Source of the DNA: Yuukianura sp. NJ FZ-2021
Lineage: Eukaryota
DNA: 64,000 bases
Reading direction: 5' to 3'
NCBI GenBank assembly: GCA_046563655.1
Contig: CM102287.1
Span: forward strand, 4,836,001-4,900,000
Shown in pieces: positions 52,901 to 64,000 of the stretch. Position numbers and translations under genes: made by a program. How positions within the stretch are numbered: the first letter of the stretch is position 1; each line of letters opens with the position of its first letter. The notes beneath the pieces were generated by a model that saw nothing but the letters and a program-made list of their open reading frames with translations, made no database searches and was not told the origin of the DNA.

Positions 52901-55900
52901 TTAAAACTTTTGAAAATGAAATTTACATTTTTCTCGGGTGGTTACATCTAGTGTATGTTTGGCTTACTGCAACCAACTTTCTCCAGGTCTTGGCAGTAAC
53001 TATGCAGAAACAGTTCACCGTTGTTGAATGTCAACCGCAATCAATCATGAAGCGAAGGGCCTATTGATTTTGTCCCACCCTAATTCCCTTGTCTCCAATT
53101 TTCATTCTGCTCTGCCTTTGCTCCGTGGGTCGGGCGGTGGGTTTGTCCCACCCAAGAACCCACCGTGAGATGCCTCATTAGGCACACATTCGTCAAAGCT
53201 TCTGTGCAAGTCCTGCAAACTCTTTTGTCTCCGTCAATTGCCTCCTCACTCCAACTAATCCCATCAAGGAAGTCAAGGGCCTCAATCACCCAATTTAATT
53301 CCCTCGCTCCAAGAAACGCACAACTCACCGTCAACAATGCTAGAAGAGAAAGTCAAGTTCACAAATTCAAAACCTCATAAGAAACACGCCGACAAAAAAA
53401 TTTCCTATTCCAAATTTTCAAAATTTCCAAATAAGTCATCATAATGCTCTTGCAAAATCCCGAAAACATTTCTCACAAAAACAGCCAAAAAATAAGCTTT
53501 TTACGTAGATATGCATTATGGCCAGGTTTGATAGTTATGGCAAAAAAAAAAGTAAAGAAGTCATAGTACCCAAAATCTCCTTTTTTGGTTTTTCCTAAAC
53601 GTTACGACTTACGAGATTCTAACATAATTCTCAATCCCAAATGTATTTCTATAAGTTTCCATAGCTTATGGACTGAAATTCGGAAAAATTCATATCAGGT
53701 TTGACTTTAAGTTAGGTAATTTTTCGCAACTTTCGGTTACATAACCAAACCTGAGGCGCGTGGGAGTACTAAAACGGTGGTGAAAGTTGATGAAGATGAA
53801 ACTGCTGCCAATCATGTGTGAGTGAAAGCTAAGCCATTAGAAAAGATTAGTCACTCTGACTTTGTCAATTCCTGAAAAATCCACTTTGTGCTTACGTTAG
53901 TCTCTGCTGGTCAGCATGTCCCAAATTGACCACTGTCTCTCTCCAAAACCATGACAATAAATCGATGTCACCCTTTCAAAATATGGATCCACAAAACCAA
54001 AAAAGTTTCCATCCAGTCCAACTTTCGCCTTTAAAGCGTTTCCCTCAACCCAAGTTTTAAATACAAAAAGAGCAACAAAAGACGTTTCAAATGCTTCAAG
54101 AAAAGTGTTTTCCCCGCCACTTTCTCTTCGTTATGTTCCACTCTCAAGTGTGTCCACAAACGTGTGAGAAACCTTAATTTTTAATTCACTAATCTCCCGT
54201 TCCCTCCTACGCTTAACGACACAATAGTAAAAACATCTCCACATCGTAACATACTAGTTATAGTCAGTCCCGCCTAAAAACGGCCCCACCTGAGCCACCT
54301 CTCACTTTTCCCGCCCAAAAGTAAAGTAACTTTTCACTTAATGTTAACCTTAAGGAGTTTACTGACGCCACATAGAGTGATAAATTATTCAATTGAAGTC
54401 TTTGTGTCACGTCCAAATTGGGGAAAGCAATTTTAGGCTCTTTATAAGGAAAAACACACTCCGGGGGAAAACAGGCTTAAAATAACTTCTTCTGTTGGCG
54501 TTTCCCTCCAGAGAACACCAGAAGAACGCCACGGAACACTTTTCAAAATGCAGTTCAAACAGTTTTCACTTTTCAAAAGAAACACTTTCACCCTCAACAA
54601 ACTATTTCACAAACTTCTGAAAATTTTAACCCTAACCAGAGGCAAAATGAGTCTCGCTAAGTAGAAATTGGGTTAGAAATGATACAAATTGTGTCGGAAA
54701 TTACAGAGGATTAGAAGAGACAAGGCTGATTCAGCAGAGGAAATGAGCCTATTCACAATGGCATCCGTTTATGTTCGTTTACACTAATGATTCAAGGAGG
54801 ATTCCGTTTTGGCTCATTAGGCACAACAAATAAACAACTTTCTACTTTCTCTTTCATAAGTTTTCTAAATCTCTCTCAAATGAGGATGAAACACGCCAAT
54901 TCCAATACTGCAGCAACCGTTGCTCACTTTCTCCAAAACACAAAAAAGGACAGTGAAAACCTCACATTTTGTCCAATTTAGAAATAATGCGATCTTTTAG
55001 ACATCCGCCACAAACATAAAGTTACGATGTATGGGCATAATGAGAACAAGACTCTGAGTCACGTATCACAAAGAGAGGTCAAAGTTCAACCAAAAAAGTC
55101 CATGCACACTTAATACTCCCACTTTCTGCCTAATGGGCAATCACATTTTCTCAGTTTTCTTTCATTCCCTTCAGAAACAGAAAAAGAGAAAGTGGGATTC
55201 ACCTGTCTCCAAGACAATTCATCCGTCTTTAGAAAAATAACAGACAAAAGAATGGAAAAAAGACAAAAAAGAAAAAAATAGAAAAAGAGAAAAAAAAATA
55301 CTAAAACGAAGGAAGAAAAAGAAAGAGAAAAATCTCAAAAAAAAAATACAAAAAACAGAAAAGGAAAAATTCGGAAGTTACTTTAGATCATTGGATAAGA
55401 GTAACTTAACATTTTCAAAGTAAACTAAATTGACAAAAACTCAAAAAACACAAACAACTAAAAAAATTACATTTTTCTCTCATAATGTGTACCATATGCA
55501 AAATTTCCCCTCGATTTCTCTCTTCAAAAAAAGACTGCAATACAAAGCGTCTATCTTCTGAATGGGCCTTGCTCACTTTCCATTCAAACTCCAGCTCTTT
55601 TCTAACAGTAATCTCCAAAAGACTAACAAAAGACACAAAACGTCTCTTCCCTACGACACTCATTTGAATCCGTTTTGTTACATTCAAAACCTAGTGCTAA
55701 ACCTTATGTTCTCTACCTTCATAACCACATTATTCTCTGTAATCATAGCGTAGGTAGAACATCAGCCTAATGAAAATGGTTTGTGGGAGTAGGAGGAAAT
55801 GGATGCGGACGAAGATTCATTTGAGAAAGTATAGAAGAAAGGCGAAGAACGAAAGATTATGAATGCGGATGATTATCTTAGAGAGGCAGGAGGCTCAGGT

Positions 55901-58900
55901 TAGGCTCAACACGAACAGTAAACACACTGCCAGCATTGCTGAGACCCTGCTGGATCCATTCTGGTTCTAAATCTCCCAGAGAAGGAATTAGCCTCCGCCG
56001 TTAGCAACTCGCTTTCACTCAGAAAACTCCCGCCATAAGTCAGCCTCATCCAAATAGCTTGGGAAGGTTCAATTAAAACGTTCTCAGAAGGAAACTTTAA
56101 GCCGCTTTCAAAATTCCCAAACAAAGAGAAAGAAAGTGAGAAGAGAAAGTGGAACATTTGATTTCTCCCTCAATTCACCCAAAATCTCTCTCAATTCTTC
56201 CAAATTCTACAAAATCTTTCAGGAGAGTTTCCGAATTTCGTTACTTTACGACTCCTCGTTCCAGAAGAGCAGAAACTCGTAAAAAAAGGACGCACACACT
56301 TCAATTCCAATTCCAAAGAAAAGGAAAGAAAGTGATTCCCTATAAAAAGAGAAAGTGAAGAAAAAGTGTTCGAGTTGTGCGCCTTTCTTTCTCTTTCCGC
56401 TTCATTTCCTGCGTAGAGCCATTAAACAACTTTGGAATTGACTTTTCCCCGTGGTCATTTCCTCTCTGGTCTCTGGACATGTCCGCTCAACTTGATATAA
56501 CCTAACACAATTTCCAACCTGTTGGAGCCATGGCGGGAACAACAGCAGATACTAATTAAGACTCAACGCATCACTTCCAGTAAAAAGAGAAAAGTCCACG
56601 GAAACGGAGGGAGTAACTATCTGAAATCCACTTACAGCAAAACTATTTCAAGCTTACTCGAAAAGAAACTTGGTTGGATATGGACAAAATCCAGCCCTTT
56701 TCCTCACCCAACTTTTAATTACTTCCTTCTCTCTCAAACAAAATTCAATTCTTCAATTTTCTACTCAAAGAATTCAACATAAAAAGTTAAGAAATGAGGA
56801 AACGAATAAGTGAGGAAATGGGGAAAGTGACAAAATGAAATTTCTACACACCTTCTGGACATCAAAGTCACTTTTGGTGAAAATACGATTTTGAAAAACA
56901 GAGGAATTCTGGGGAAAACGTAGCAATTACGCTAAAATTCAAAGTTAAAAAAGAATAGAACAAGCAAAAGGATTCCTACAACAAAAATTGTAAAAATCTT
57001 GTTCAAGATCATGTTCGTCTTTTTCTTAACTAAGCTGGAGGTAGGAAGATCATTTTGCAAAAAAATCTGGAGATTGAAATTGTGTTTGCCAAGAAAAATA
57101 ATTTCTCAAACAATGAAATCCCACAAGAGTATAGTAGACTTTGTTTGTTTAGAAAATTGAATTTGCTCAAACTTTTTAAAACTTAAAACTTTTTTTTCTT
57201 AAAAAAAAAGCCAACGAAGAAAGTTAACTTCTGCGTTCTGAGAAAAAACAACGTCGGAAGGGAAAAATTGATTGACTTGTCAAACTGACTTGTTTACTTG
57301 TCTAACCTCATCAAAATCTTGTCAAAAAACTTGTAAAACGAAACAGAGAAGCTCCTTTGACATTGTCAAAATAAATTTTCAAAGTATTTCTAAGTTTTCA
57401 AAAAACAGATTTTTAAAAGTTATCTAAAAACCGAGCATAAAGAAAGTTCCCAACATGATCGAAATAAAAATCTACTTTTGCATTGCATTGTCGAAAAACT
57501 TTTTGAATTGTCAAACACTCGTTGAATTTTCAATGTCAATTCTCAAAACTGCTTGAATTCTCAAGGTCAAAACTGAAAAAATGTGTCCAAGTTTTCAAAA
57601 CTAAATTTTCAAAAAAAAAAAAGTTTCAGAAGCCAGATTACAAATCGAAGTTTCCAAAAAACCTTAGTTAATTCAATTAGAATTCACTTTACAATTCCCA
57701 AAACTTTCTAAATTCTGCAAGTCAATTTTGAAAAGTTAATTGAATTCTCTAGGCCAAAGTTCAAAATTTTGATTTAAAATGTTGCGACTGAAAAGTGCTT
57801 TTAAAAAATACCAAAAAAATGCCAAGTTTGTAGAAGATCAGCGTACTGACTTGAGTGATACATGATTTAAACAGTCGTTTTCTGCCCGGGTTAGTTGGAA
57901 CTTGCGTACATCTATAAATTCTAAAAAACAAACAAAGTTGCCCATTTCTTGCCATCTTCAAACAGATTCTTTCATGACTTGTATCCAAACTACTTCCAAG
58001 TTTTCTCCAAAACTGAATTTTCAGTCAAAGGAAATGAAACTTTTTACACAACTTTGAGTCAGGAAGAGAAAGATATTTTGGACAAAAGAGAGGAAAAAGA
58101 AGCCAGTAGATTGAAATCGCGATTCCTATCTCCACTCAACTTGAATTTCAATGAAATATTCCCCTGTTCTCCTTTTAGCGTGACTTTTGTGGCCCTAGGA
58201 GAAAGTAATTGGTTCGAGTGGTGGTGGAAATAGTACACAAATTAGGTTCGGCATTCTTCCCCCTCCTGCAGCACTTACTTTCACTTTTATCATTTCAACT
58301 TTCTTCCGCTTTCACCACTACCACAAAAAGTTACTTTGAAGTTGGCCTTCTGCTAACTGTACCAAAGAAGTATGGGCTTTGATGAAAAAAGTTTGGGTGG
58401 GGTTGGGACAAGGAGCGGAAGGAAGAGCATTCCCAATCACAAGCACGAAAGATGAGAAAAACTGATTTTGGCAACAGCCTACTCCAACCGCAACCTCAGA
58501 GTAAGTAAAAACAGCAAAAACAAAAGAGGCGAACGCTATAAACTTGACTTATAAATAGAGAAAGACTCACAACAAGTCATAAACGGCAAAAAAAAAATTG
58601 AAGAAAGTCAAAAACCTACAGGGGCTGCCAAAAACCTAGAGAAAACAATGAAAAACCCTCGAAAAAATCTGAAACGTCAAAAATCATAACGAAGAAAGTC
58701 ATAAGCGTCGAAAAATTATACACAAAGAAAGTCAAAAACTAAAACAAAAAAGAAAAACCCGACGATTTCTAATATTGTTTTTAAAGTTAAAATTTGCCGA
58801 AATTGCTCAACCTATTCTTTTAATTGTTCGCGTTTTTGGAATTCGGAGTTATTTTTTCGCCGTTTTTGTTACCTCTCACCCTAACCTAATTTCCAAGACC

Positions 58901-59658
58901 ATCCGACACGCAGTGCAAATCTCCAAAGTCATAAAAAGCACTTGGACATTCCCTCAACACACCTTCACTTTTTCAAAAAAAAACCCGAAAGAAAGTTTCT
59001 GATTCCTACATCATCCGCAACTAAGCAACTTCCAAAACTCTCTTCCTTCAAGCATTTCAAATTTCCAAACTCTTTTCCAACACTTTCTCCAGTTCTACTC
59101 AATTGTGAAACTACTTTCAAACTACTTTAGATTAAAAAAAAAGAGCCCGGCTTTACTGAAAGTACGGAAAGACTTCGTTTCCACTTTTACTTTTCACATA
59201 ATCAAAGAAAAACAAAAACAAACTTTTGGATTAGGTTCAGCATCTAAATCGTCTTCTCTCAGTTAACCTAACGCTTCTTACGACATGTGTAACTGTGACC
59301 TCGATGACCCAAAGTGTCAAGTCAAAGGAAATTGATTGGTGTTTGGCCTTTAAGTATGACGCACTTTGAACCTCATCAGCAATGGAAATGAGTCTAAACA
59401 CAAACTTGCAATGGATGAGCACCGGAATGAGATGAATAAAATTAACGTGTTGTTCTAATAAATTAGCACGAGAGCATCCCCCTCTCATCTTCAACAGCAA
59501 GAGTGCGAACATAACAAATTATGGACACTTTTACTTTCCGTCTGCTTCAATTAGATCAATTTAGTTAGTATGACACATCAAACACAACAGCATGAGTCGG
59601 TAAGTCGTCTTTTTGCGATTCACCTTCACCTTTGACCCCTGACGTTTCCTCCAAAATC

Positions 59659-59722
59659 AAACTTGACCTCCAGAGCTAAATTCGAAACTTGACCTCCAGA
59701 GCAAAATTCGAAACTTGATCTC
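59659..59722. repeat. 26-bp tandem repeat, ~2.5 copies
   Basis: AAACTTGACCTCCAGAGC(T/A)AAATTCG is repeated just downstream of the 5-HT7 stop codon. Confidence 0.75.
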
Positions 59723-59951
59723 GGAGAATTCACTCCAACTCGAAATTCGAAACGAAGTCTGACATTTGTTCGAGATCCGCCTTGACCGTTGACCTCTCTT
59801 GTCATTTCCAGAGCCTTGGTGGATCCAATCTACTTTCTCCACCTTCCAAAGCCCTTTATCCCTCCAGGGATAAAGTTCTGGAGGAAGTTGACTTTTTTCG
59901 ATAGCACTCGACGTGAATTGTCCACTTTCACGTGATTTTCAGCACTCCGCT

Positions 59952-62900
59952 TCAAATGGCTGACCAGCCTAGGTCGACTGCTTCACTCTCTTCGATACAG
60001 TTGAGTTCCGATGACTGATTGAAGGGATGGTCCCTGTCAGTGAGTTTGGCCTTGACCTTTTGCTTGCTCCTTTCGCAGTCATCGTCTCTCCCGTAGTGTG
60101 TTTCATAAAACTCTTTCCGCATAAGGTCATCCAGCGTAGCACAGCGACAACACAGAATTTCCCGAAAAGGTTTACGAAAGTCACGGTTGAGAGTGGCGTA
60201 TATCACAGGATTCAGAGCAGAATTGGCATAACCCAGCCAAAGGAACAGAGAGGAAACCCAACTTGGAATTTCAACATCTAAAACAAAATCAAAACAATCT
60301 CAGTTCTCAAAAAATCGAAAAGAGAAATCATGATGAATGTATTCTTTTCCTGAAAAACGATCAGAAGTTGATTGGAAAAAGAGAAAGTGCTTACCCTGGA
60401 GAAAGAGAGGGCGAAGGAGAGCGAGTACGAAGAAGGGGAGCCAGCATATGATGAATGCGCTCATGATGATGCCCAGTGTCGTGGATGCTTTGTGGTCCTT
60501 TAGGCGCACCTTCGGACGTATGAATCTCTCTACACGTCCAAACACACCCCCAGCAGCACCCATATCAGTTTAAATCAACAAACCACCATCAATTCAAAAT
60601 CAACAAACCAGCAATTCGAAAAATAGAATCAACAAACTACCAGCAATTCAAAAAACAAAATCAACAAACCACCCGCAATTCAAAAAGCAAAATCAACAAA
60701 CTACCAACACGAGTGACAAAGGGACAAAACGAAATGGCAAAAGCTGCATGAACGAGAACGTGATACAGAATACGATTCCGAATGCAACAAAACAATAAGG
60801 AAAAACGATTAAATCAAAACGAAAACGAAAAAAAAAATCAAAAAAACAAAAACAAAAACCGCAAATCAGCAATAGAAACCAAAAATTGTAACACAAACAT
60901 CAGAATTCGTGAAGCTAAAAATCAAAAAAGTTACAGCAAAAACCAAAAATCATGAGATAGACATCAAGACTCATGAAGCTAAAGAAAAAATCATAAATAG
61001 AAAACCAGAAGTTAAGTAAAACACAAACTTCAAATCAAGAGGCAAACAACAAAACTCGTGAACCAAAAATCAAAAGTAGTAAAGCAAACATCAAAAATTA
61101 GTAAAAACAAAAACAAAAATCCGAAAGTAGCAAACAAAACACCAAAAATCATTAGACCTTACAGCAAAATTCGTCATACAAAATGAAAAACCATGAAGCA
61201 AACATGAAAGCTTGTGAAACCAAAATCTGACGTAAAAACTCAAACATCACGAAAGACATGAAAGCAACCACTTCCGATCAACTCGTCCGTTCCACCCCAA
61301 CTCTCCTTCAACTTTCACTGAATCGCACAACTCAAAAAAACTTAAAAAGCTAAGCGTTTTAGGCGAAACGCCATTTACTGCTGATGGATTCAACCAAATC
61401 GGATTTTGTCTTTTCGATTCTACTTTTGCCTCCAGTCTCTCTTTCTCTCAATCCTCTCCAGATGCTCAACAAAAGACGCCACAAAAGAAAAGAAAGTTTG
61501 GAATGAAAACAGAAGGGAGAAAGTTTGGCTGCAGAGACAAAGTCTAAAAGCCTCAGGGCAGAATCCAAATGAATTTCACATTGATCCTCATTTGGCTTAC
61601 GAGAAAGCTCAGTCACAAGCAGCCACCGTTCGTTTTCTGCAACTCTGGAGGCCTCATCTCCAGAAATCCAGGAGAAATTTGAAATAAAAATAAACCCACT
61701 CAGCATGAGACCATGGGGACATTACAGAGCTAAAGACATTGGAGACAAAAGACTCCAGCATGCAGGTCGACCAAGTGAACGACAGTTCAGGGTTCAGGAA
61801 AAAATTCAGGGGAAGGAGGAAGGGCTTACGAAAAGAAAGCCAGCTTTCTCTCTCTGCTTTCTCCCAAAACACACCAGTAGACCACTTCCACTCCATAATT
61901 CATATCAAAAACTTCTTTCTCACAAAATTCAACCAAAACCTCAACAAAGCAAAGATGCACAACAAAACAAAAAATTCAGCCAAAAGAATCTCAACAGAGT
62001 TCAGCCAAATAGCCAACATCTCAACAAAATTAAGCCAAACATCCAATGTCTCAACAAAATTCACTCAAAATCTAAAAAAATTCGGCCAAGATCTCAGCAA
62101 ACTAAGCAAAAAACATCAGCAGACAGAAAATGTCACCAAAAATCCCAAAAATTTAGCCAAGAAAATAGTTGAACAAAAATCACAACAAAATTGAGCAAAC
62201 AAAGAACTTCACAACAAAAAATACCAGCAAAATCCAGAATAAAAAAGTCGGCAAAATACCCAACCAAAATTTAGCCAGAAAGTCCAGCCCAATTCAGCTA
62301 AAATTACAACAAAATTCAGCAAAATAGCTACAAAGTCTCGGTAAAATTCAGCCAAGAATCTCATTCTCGGTTAGCACAAGTCACTGTTAGCCACTCACAT
62401 TAAATTACATCTAGCACACCAATGTTAGAGTGCAACAAAGTGGTTTAGAACACTCCGTAGCAGTAGTTGTACTCACTGCACGAAAAAAGCATTTTGCAAA
62501 TCGCGGTGGCTTAGGAATCGGAATTTCTCCAACGTAAAAGCAACTACAAGCAAAGCGACACGAAACGGAAAAGTATTTGCTTACCTGTTCGACTGGGCAG
62601 AAGAGGTGGAGAGAGAAGCGTTGTTGGAGAAGTCGTGATGGTTTTCTGCGGAGGAAGTAACTGCGCCCCGTGATTAATTGGCTGGAGTCGGAGGAGTTGG
62701 TTGGAATGGAGGTCGACGGTCGTCGTGAGCGTGTTCTGATCAATTGAGTTGTCTCGACTCGAACTGTTCGTCCAAGCCATTTCCCTCTTCTTCACTGTCA
62801 CTACCTTCAGGATCTTAATGTACACGACGACCATCACGCACAGGGGAAGGTAGAACGATACCATCGTAGCATAGAGCTGATACCTGCAAAAACCATACAT

Positions 62901-63540
62901 TTTATACATCGATATTTCACTTCAGTTAACCCAAACTTTTACCTAACCTAACCAAATTGCACTCCAGTCGCTTTCAAAAGCCTGCAAATTGCTCCTCGCT
63001 CCTACTCCCCCTCCGCAAAGAAGATTCACCGCGACTGGTGAACTCATTATGCCGTTTTCACTAAGCGTTACAGCAGCTTCCAGGAAAAAAAAAGATCCCG
63101 GTTTGAGTAAAAATGAAATGGAACGGCAGAATCTCGAGGGAAGCCTAAGCTTTCTCCGCGGCCAAATTCAATTTGCGAGCAGCAGAAGTTAAGACACGAG
63201 TTCCCTAAGCAATCAGCCCACAGAGCGTCTTGAGAGTTTTAAAGAAGCTCAAGCGACTCTTTGTGGTTTCGACTCAACTACCTTCGTAGATTCCCGGGTT
63301 TCCACAGAATCTTAATTACTCCTCATGATTAATTTAGATTTGTGATCAATTACCAGTAGTTTTGAGAGAGGGAGCACGTCGGGTCACCGGCCGAGGTCAC
63401 GTACTCATTCCCCAGAAGAAGGACGGGGGGCAGAGAGACACAGGCAGATGACAACCAAACTACGAATATCACAGAGAGCATTCTTCTGTTTGATGAGATG
63501 GAAGAGTACTCGAGGGGACGAGTGATGGCTCTGTAGCGAT
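59952..63540 (-). CDS. 5-HT7: 5-HT7-type serotonin receptor, partial (TM3 end to C-terminus; 5' exons lie beyond the window)
   Basis: (D)[11 protein letters not shown]...[92 protein letters not shown]. These match arthropod 5-HT7 motifs. Confidence 0.88.
60573..60708. repeat. Intronic ~30-bp tandem repeat
   Basis: AATCAACAAAC(C/T)ACCAGCAATTCAAAAAACAA-like unit, 4-5 copies, followed by A-rich degenerate repeats. Confidence 0.75.
61920..62360. repeat. Intronic degenerate repeat (AAAATTCAGCCAA / ATCTCAAC units)
   Basis: Repeated AAAATT(C/T/A)AGCCAA motifs. These explain the Q/K/N-rich spurious ORFs at 61705-62194. Confidence 0.65.
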
Positions 63541-64000
63541 CTGGAAACAATGTAACAAAATCGAAAGTCAGTGTTTACGAAATCAATTCTCAATTAACAA
63601 CTATTTCAAAACTAACCAACACATATACAACAGTATCATCGACCTCCTACGAAGGAGAACGTCGCATTGGCCAAAAGGAAATCAATCCATTGATGTTTTT
63701 GGAACAACGAAAATCTAAAATTTCAAAGGAAATCCTAATTCTTAAATCACTGCTAGCTCCTGCACATTCACACATCAAAGGAAAAATGCTTCTTCATTAA
63801 AAAAACAAAGCACTTTAAAAAAACACAGCTCTTCAAAAGAAAAAAAAACTCAACTTTTTTTCTTTTTTTACACCCCAAGGCTTTCTCCCGCCTTTCACCG
63901 CACAGTGATTAAAATCAACACGAAACTCGCTGTTGAACAACTGTTACGAAAATTAGAGTTTTAGCAAAGTAGAAGTAAAAGCAGACAGGTGAAAATCCAG

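Noticed and set aside
45500..59600. Many 60-126 aa ORFs between Tis11 and 5-HT7
   Set aside because: They are low-complexity, often lack an ATG start, and show no domain signature or phase-consistent exon chain.
59657..59842. ORF downstream of the 5-HT7 stop as an alternative C-terminus or readthrough
   Set aside because: Part of it is built from a 26-bp tandem repeat. A second in-frame stop follows the 5-HT7 stop within a few codons, and no convincing donor was found.
60573..62360. Tandem ~30-bp units as a possible CRISPR array
   Set aside because: The context is a eukaryotic intron, with degenerate adjacent units, no unique spacers and no cas genes.
1..64000. tRNA, rRNA or snRNA genes
   Set aside because: None was recognised by eye. 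A covariance-model search (tRNAscan-SE, Infernal/Rfam) would be needed to exclude them.

Overview
This is eukaryotic, intron-rich, AT-rich genomic DNA, most likely from an arthropod: it has (TTAGG)n repeats and pinocchio-, DM4/DM12- and colmedin-type genes. I cannot name the species. Exons were joined by hand through GT-AG introns with phase checks. The first 45 kb is gene-dense with mostly alternating strands: pinocchio-like (+), CNK (-), NACHO/TMEM35 (+), VTA1 (-), an acidic ZAD-like protein (-), DCTN2 (+), a colmedin/gliomedin-like collagen-Ig-olfactomedin gene (-), DM4/DM12 (+), a spermine/polyamine oxidase (-), MLYCD (+), a second DM4/DM12-like gene (-) and Tis11/ZFP36 (+). About 14 kb without recognisable coding sequence follows, then the 3' part of a 5-HT7-type serotonin receptor (-). 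Two findings stand out. (1) A 245-bp foldback MITE with an 8-bp TSD sits exactly on the VTA1 start codon. A donor in its TIR plus an AG in the TSD would splice it out in frame, which is introner-like behaviour. (2) A three-exon CEP15/C3orf14-like gene, missed by the ORF track, is nested antisense in a colmedin intron behind a near-perfect RFX X-box. Family assignments come from recalled motifs, not database searches.
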